DNA of 1,567 nt, from assembly GCA_000004985.1 (NCBI GenBank), contig GG739378.1. One strand, given 5' to 3'. The translations under genes and the position numbers were made by a program. Every line of letters begins with the position of its first letter. The first letter of the stretch is position 1. This DNA is from Naegleria gruberi (taxonomy: Eukaryota). Of this stretch, positions 1 to 1,567 are shown in pieces. A model generated the notes under the pieces. It did no database searches. It was given only the letters and a program-made list of their open reading frames with translations, and had not been told where the DNA came from.

Positions 1-684
1 CCAAAGCAGCTCCAAACTTTCTTTCATCACATAAGGTTGTGGACATCCACAATTCAAATCAATTCCATCACAATAAGGTGCTGCCAATTGACAAGCTAAA
101 CTAAAATCTGTAGGATTATTAGCAGCAAATTGAACCACAAGAGGACTATCATAATAATGTGTTGTAAAATCCGAATCCCTGGCTTTTTGTGATTTATGAA
201 AACAATCCGACATTATCATTGGTGTATAAACAACATCACATCCATACTCTCTACACAACAATCGAAAGGCTAATTTACTATAACGAACCATTGGTGCTTG
301 TACTTTTAAATAGGTTCCCTTCTCCTTAGCCTCCTTGAACATATTCATCAACGAATGTTGTGGTTTTAATTCATCAATACTAAAGCCTTCCGGTAAATTT
401 TCTCCAACTCGTAATATATTATTATTAATATTATTATTATTACTATCATCATCATCATTTAAATTATTCTTATTAATAAAAGAATAGTTATTATTACTAG
501 TAAAATTGGTTGGAAGATGAACACAATTAGTTTCATTAACTAATGATGAAGGTCCTTCGGAATAATCAAAATCGTTTCTATCTAATTGAAAAGCACCCAA
601 ATCGATGCGGAGGGCATTATTATGACAGAATTGTGTCTCGGAAATGAATGAATTTTCGTCATCCTGTGTTGGTTGTTGAAGCAT
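1..684 (-). CDS. tRNA-dihydrouridine synthase (Dus family, Dus4-like), N-terminal portion. Partial: continues past the left window edge.
   Basis: My own minus-strand translation (codons on plus 3k+1..3k+3) is open from ATG (rc of 682-684) to position 1, with an in-frame TGA upstream at 736-738. Reading N to C: MLQQPTQDDENSF...NKNNLNDDDDSNNNNINNNILRVGENLPEGFSIDELKPQHSLMNMFKEAKEKGTYLKVQAPMVRYSKLAFRLLCREYGCDVVYTPMIMSDCFHKSQKARDSDFTTHYYDSPLVVQFAANNPTDFSLACQLAAPYCDGIDLNCGCPQPYVMKESLELLW. 'APMV', 'VQFAAN' and 'DxNxGCPQ' are conserved Dus-domain motifs. The Dus4-like assignment is from memory; no search was run. The ATG is preceded by an A8 run (AAAAAAAAATG), a typical dictyostelid initiation context. 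The ORF tool did not list it because it has no stop inside the window. Confidence 0.85.
   Translation of the reverse strand, partial: MLQQPTQDDENSFISETQFCHNNALRIDLGAFQLDRNDFDYSEGPSSLVNETNCVHLPTNFTSNNNYSFINKNNLNDDDDSNNNNINNNILRVGENLPEGFSIDELKPQHSLMNMFKEAKEKGTYLKVQAPMVRYSKLAFRLLCREYGCDVVYTPMIMSDCFHKSQKARDSDFTTHYYDSPLVVQFAANNPTDFSLACQLAAPYCDGIDLNCGCPQPYVMKESLELLW
418..459 (-). repeat. Imperfect trinucleotide microsatellite (ATT)n then (ATC)4 on plus. On the minus strand it encodes an Asn/Asp homopolymer tract (NNNINNNN-S-DDDD-N) inside the Dus N-terminal extension.
   Basis: Plus 421-444 is attattaatattattattattact and 445-459 is atcatcatcatcatt, in frame with the Dus CDS. In-frame trinucleotide repeats coding poly-N/D are typical of Dictyostelium genes. 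Confidence 0.8.
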
Positions 685-1076
685 TTTTTTTTGTGCATGA
701 AAATTATATTTGGAGAAACTCTTCAAATGCCCACATCAATTTTGGTGAGGGTAAAAGTTTCTGTCATGATTGTAACACAGAATCTGACCTTAATCACTAT
801 ATTCATGAATGCCCTGCTCTGGATAGTGCCAGATACTTTTGCTTGTCAAAAATATCTGATATTCTTGATCAGAGAGAGTGTAAACTCACTCATATTCAAT
901 TCAGACCAGAAAAGCATCACCATGTACTCTTCTTCCACCATTCTGGAACCACATTCTTCGAAGATGGATACGTACAACAATACCCAGACATTGCAGAGAA
1001 ATGGCCTGAGATTCAGGGAGCCATTTCTAACTTTGTCGGCCGCTCCTATAGATATTATTATATTGACTCAATGTAA
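648..1076 (+). CDS. Hypothetical 142-aa Cys/His-rich protein (candidate; unrecognised family)
   Basis: Frame-3 ORF from ATG 648 to TAA 1074-1076. All three minus frames carry stops across 740-1076, while plus frame 3 is open. Third codon positions are strongly A/T-biased, as expected for coding sequence in this genome. The region is less AT-rich than the flanking intergenic DNA. It contains a C-x2-C ... H-x2-H-x-C ... C cluster (FCHDCNTESDLNHYIHECPALDSARYFC). AATAAA lies at 1121-1126, 45 nt past the stop. Against it: there is no internal ATG, and the only start (648) overlaps the divergent Dus start by 37 nt. The first ~90 nt also coincide with the Dus A-run and 5' region. I recognise no homology. 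Confidence 0.35.
   Translation: MNFRHPVLVVEAFFFVHENYIWRNSSNAHINFGEGKSFCHDCNTESDLNHYIHECPALDSARYFCLSKISDILDQRECKLTHIQFRPEKHHHVLFFHHSGTTFFEDGYVQQYPDIAEKWPEIQGAISNFVGRSYRYYYIDSM
685..692 (-). promoter_or_regulatory. Oligo(A) tract immediately 5' of the Dus ATG (translation-initiation context)
   Basis: Plus strand has T8 at 685-692, which is A8 on the minus strand abutting the ATG at 684-682. The A-rich -1..-8 context matches the dictyostelid Kozak-like consensus. It supports 684 as the start, but it is a sequence motif only. Confidence 0.4.
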
Positions 1077-1120
1077 ATTTACAAATTCAAAGAGAATCTG
1101 AATAGATTCGTTATTATTGC

Positions 1121-1138
1121 AATAAAAGATTTTTTTTT
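1121..1138 (+). terminator. Putative polyadenylation signal AATAAA followed by a T9 run, downstream of the plus-strand candidate ORF
   Basis: aataaa at 1121-1126, then gat, then a T run 1130-1138. AATAAA is frequent by chance in AT-rich DNA, so support is weak. Confidence 0.25.
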
Positions 1139-1225
1139 AAATAATTAGAAAGACTTAGTGAACCTAATAATAGAACAAAGTTCATCAGCAACCACTACGA
1201 TAATTGTGATCAACAAAAATTGAAT

Positions 1226-1298
1226 CGCCCACCGTGGGGGTCGAACTCACGACCTTAAGATATGAGACCTACCAAATGTCATCAAGGGTGGTATTGAT
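1226..1298 (-). tRNA. tRNA-like element: the 3' half resembles elongator tRNA-Met(CAU)/tRNA-Lys. The 5' acceptor/D region does not fold, so this is a probable tRNA pseudogene or relic.
   Basis: Minus strand reads ...GACATTTGGTAGGTCTCATATCTTAAGGTCGTGAGTTCGACCCCCACGGTGGGCG-ATTCAATTTTT. The T-arm is GTGAG/TTCGACC/CCCAC, with a B-box GGTCGTGAGTTCGA that I recall as identical to the eukaryotic elongator tRNA-Met T-arm (recalled, not searched). The 3' acceptor strand is GGTGGGC plus discriminator G. A Pol III terminator T5 (plus 1215-1219) lies 6 nt downstream. The loop CTCATA (CAU anticodon) lies in an anticodon stem TAGGT/TCTTA, and the D-arm-like segment is GAC-ATTTGGTAG-GTC. The 72 nt upstream of the discriminator contain no 5' strand complementary to GGTGGGC. 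The D-stem 3' side and part of the anticodon stem are missing, and the anticodon loop has 6 nt. It is therefore not a canonical intact tRNA. Confidence 0.45.
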
Positions 1299-1329
1299 AT
1301 AAGACATTAATAAAGTTTCACGTTTTATT

Positions 1330-1567
1330 CTACACCAATTCATTGTCATAAATATTAAGTGATGTTAAATGTTTCATTTCACTTATGAATTTGGCTCCTT
1401 CTACACCAATTTCATTATCACCAATATTAAGTGATGTTAATGATTTCATTCCACTTATGAATTTAAGTTTATCTGAAGAGTTAAGCAACCCATAATAAAA
1501 CTTAACATTTACAATACTATTCATGAATTGACTTTTCATTAACAATTCAATTCTTTTTTCTGTTAAT
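1330..1567 (-). CDS. Leucine-rich repeat protein (ribonuclease-inhibitor-like LRR), C-terminal portion. The 5' side is partial and the frame is open to the right window edge.
   Basis: Minus frame is open from position 1566 down to TAG (rc of 1330-1332). It reads ...LTEKRIELLMKSQFMNSIVNVKFYYGLLNSSDKLKFISGMKSLTSLNIGDNEIGVEGAKFISEMKHLTSLNIYDNELV*. LxxLNIxDNxIGxEGAKxI is the RI-type LRR consensus. The 'M' at 1545 in the ORF track is actually TTG, and there is no in-frame stop upstream within the window. Minus-strand AATAAA lies at 1329-1324, directly after the stop. Confidence 0.7.
   Translation of the reverse strand, partial: LTEKRIELLMKSQFMNSIVNVKFYYGLLNSSDKLKFISGMKSLTSLNIGDNEIGVEGAKFISEMKHLTSLNIYDNELV
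1331..1474 (-). repeat. Tandem direct repeat of two 72-nt units (~88% identical), each encoding one 24-aa LRR unit
   Basis: Unit 1 is 1331-1392 (tacaccaattcattgtcataaatattaagtgatgttaaatgtttcatttcacttatgaattt). Unit 2 is 1402-1464 (tacaccaatttcattatcaccaatattaagtgatgttaatgatttcattccacttatgaattt). The core aatattaagtgatgtta recurs with a period of exactly 72 nt, and there is one 1-nt indel near the unit start. Confidence 0.8.

Noticed and set aside
699-711. TATA-like motif (minus strand AAATATAATTTT) as the Dus promoter TATA box
   Set aside because: It lies only ~19-24 nt upstream of the ATG, which would place the transcription start at or beyond the start codon. AT-rich hexamers like this are expected by chance here.
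673-1101. ORF-track frame-1 ORF (142 aa, MLKHFFLCMKIIFGETLQ...)
   Set aside because: Its 'M' start is actually TTG, which is not a eukaryotic start. Third codon positions are G/C-rich, against this genome's bias. The translation is hydrophobic low-complexity typical of T-rich off-frames. It is kept only as an oddity in the findings, not as a gene.
1229-1240. Perfect short palindrome CCCAC-c-GTGGG as a possible protein-binding site or terminator hairpin
   Set aside because: It is explained by the tRNA-like T-stem 3' strand (CCCAC) abutting the acceptor 3' strand (GGTGGG). A loop of at most 1-3 nt makes an independent hairpin implausible.
1226-1298. Calling the tRNA-like sequence an intact functional tRNA-Met or tRNA-Lys gene
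   Set aside because: No 5' acceptor strand complementary to GGTGGGC exists in the 73 nt upstream or further toward 1330. The D-stem 3' side and anticodon stem are incomplete, and the anticodon loop is 6 nt. No intron-containing arrangement rescues it either.
1476-1520. GTAAAT ... CAG on the minus strand as a possible short intron within the LRR gene
   Set aside because: At ~40 nt it is too short and not AT-rich enough for an intron in this kind of genome. The frame is open straight through, so no splicing is needed.
1-1567. Prokaryotic interpretation (operon, CRISPR, bacterial alternative starts), as implied by the ORF track's TTG starts
   Set aside because: Nothing in the sequence supports a prokaryotic reading. 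It has poly-Asn/Asp coding microsatellites, an A-run Kozak context and AATAAA signals after stops. It also has a Pol III tRNA-type element with a T5 terminator and extreme AT-richness with an A/T-biased third position. All of these indicate eukaryotic (dictyostelid-like) nuclear DNA. There are no direct-repeat/spacer arrays or RBS-like motifs.

Overview
The window is AT-rich eukaryotic nuclear DNA. Codon usage and in-frame Asn/Asp homopolymer runs look like a dictyostelid social amoeba; this is an inference and no database search was run. The provided ORF track appears to use a bacterial-style start table, because two of its 'M' starts are actually TTG, so I re-read all frames myself. Supported content: (1) On the minus strand, the 5' part of a tRNA-dihydrouridine synthase (Dus) gene. 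It reads without a stop from an ATG at 684 off the left edge. It carries clear Dus family motifs (APMVRYSKLAFR ... DGIDLNCGCPQ) and a ~150-aa low-complexity N-terminal extension encoded by (ATT)n/(ATC)n trinucleotide repeats. (2) On the plus strand, a candidate 142-aa Cys/His-rich ORF (648..1076) with the expected A/T-biased third codon positions and a downstream AATAAA. Its first 37 nt overlap the Dus start head-to-head, so its reality and true start are uncertain. (3) In the convergent 3' intergenic region, a minus-strand tRNA-like element at ~1226..1298. It has an intact T-arm/B-box (GTTCGA), a 3' acceptor strand and a downstream Pol III T5 terminator, and it most resembles an elongator tRNA-Met/Lys 3' half. 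I cannot fold its 5' half into a cloverleaf, so it is probably a tRNA relic or pseudogene. (4) On the minus strand, the C-terminal end of a leucine-rich-repeat (ribonuclease-inhibitor-like LRR) protein. It ends at TAG 1330-1332 and runs off the right edge, with two ~88%-identical tandem 72-nt LRR-coding units. There is no CRISPR, no rRNA and no obvious mobile element. The layout is ordinary compact gene-dense eukaryotic sequence.
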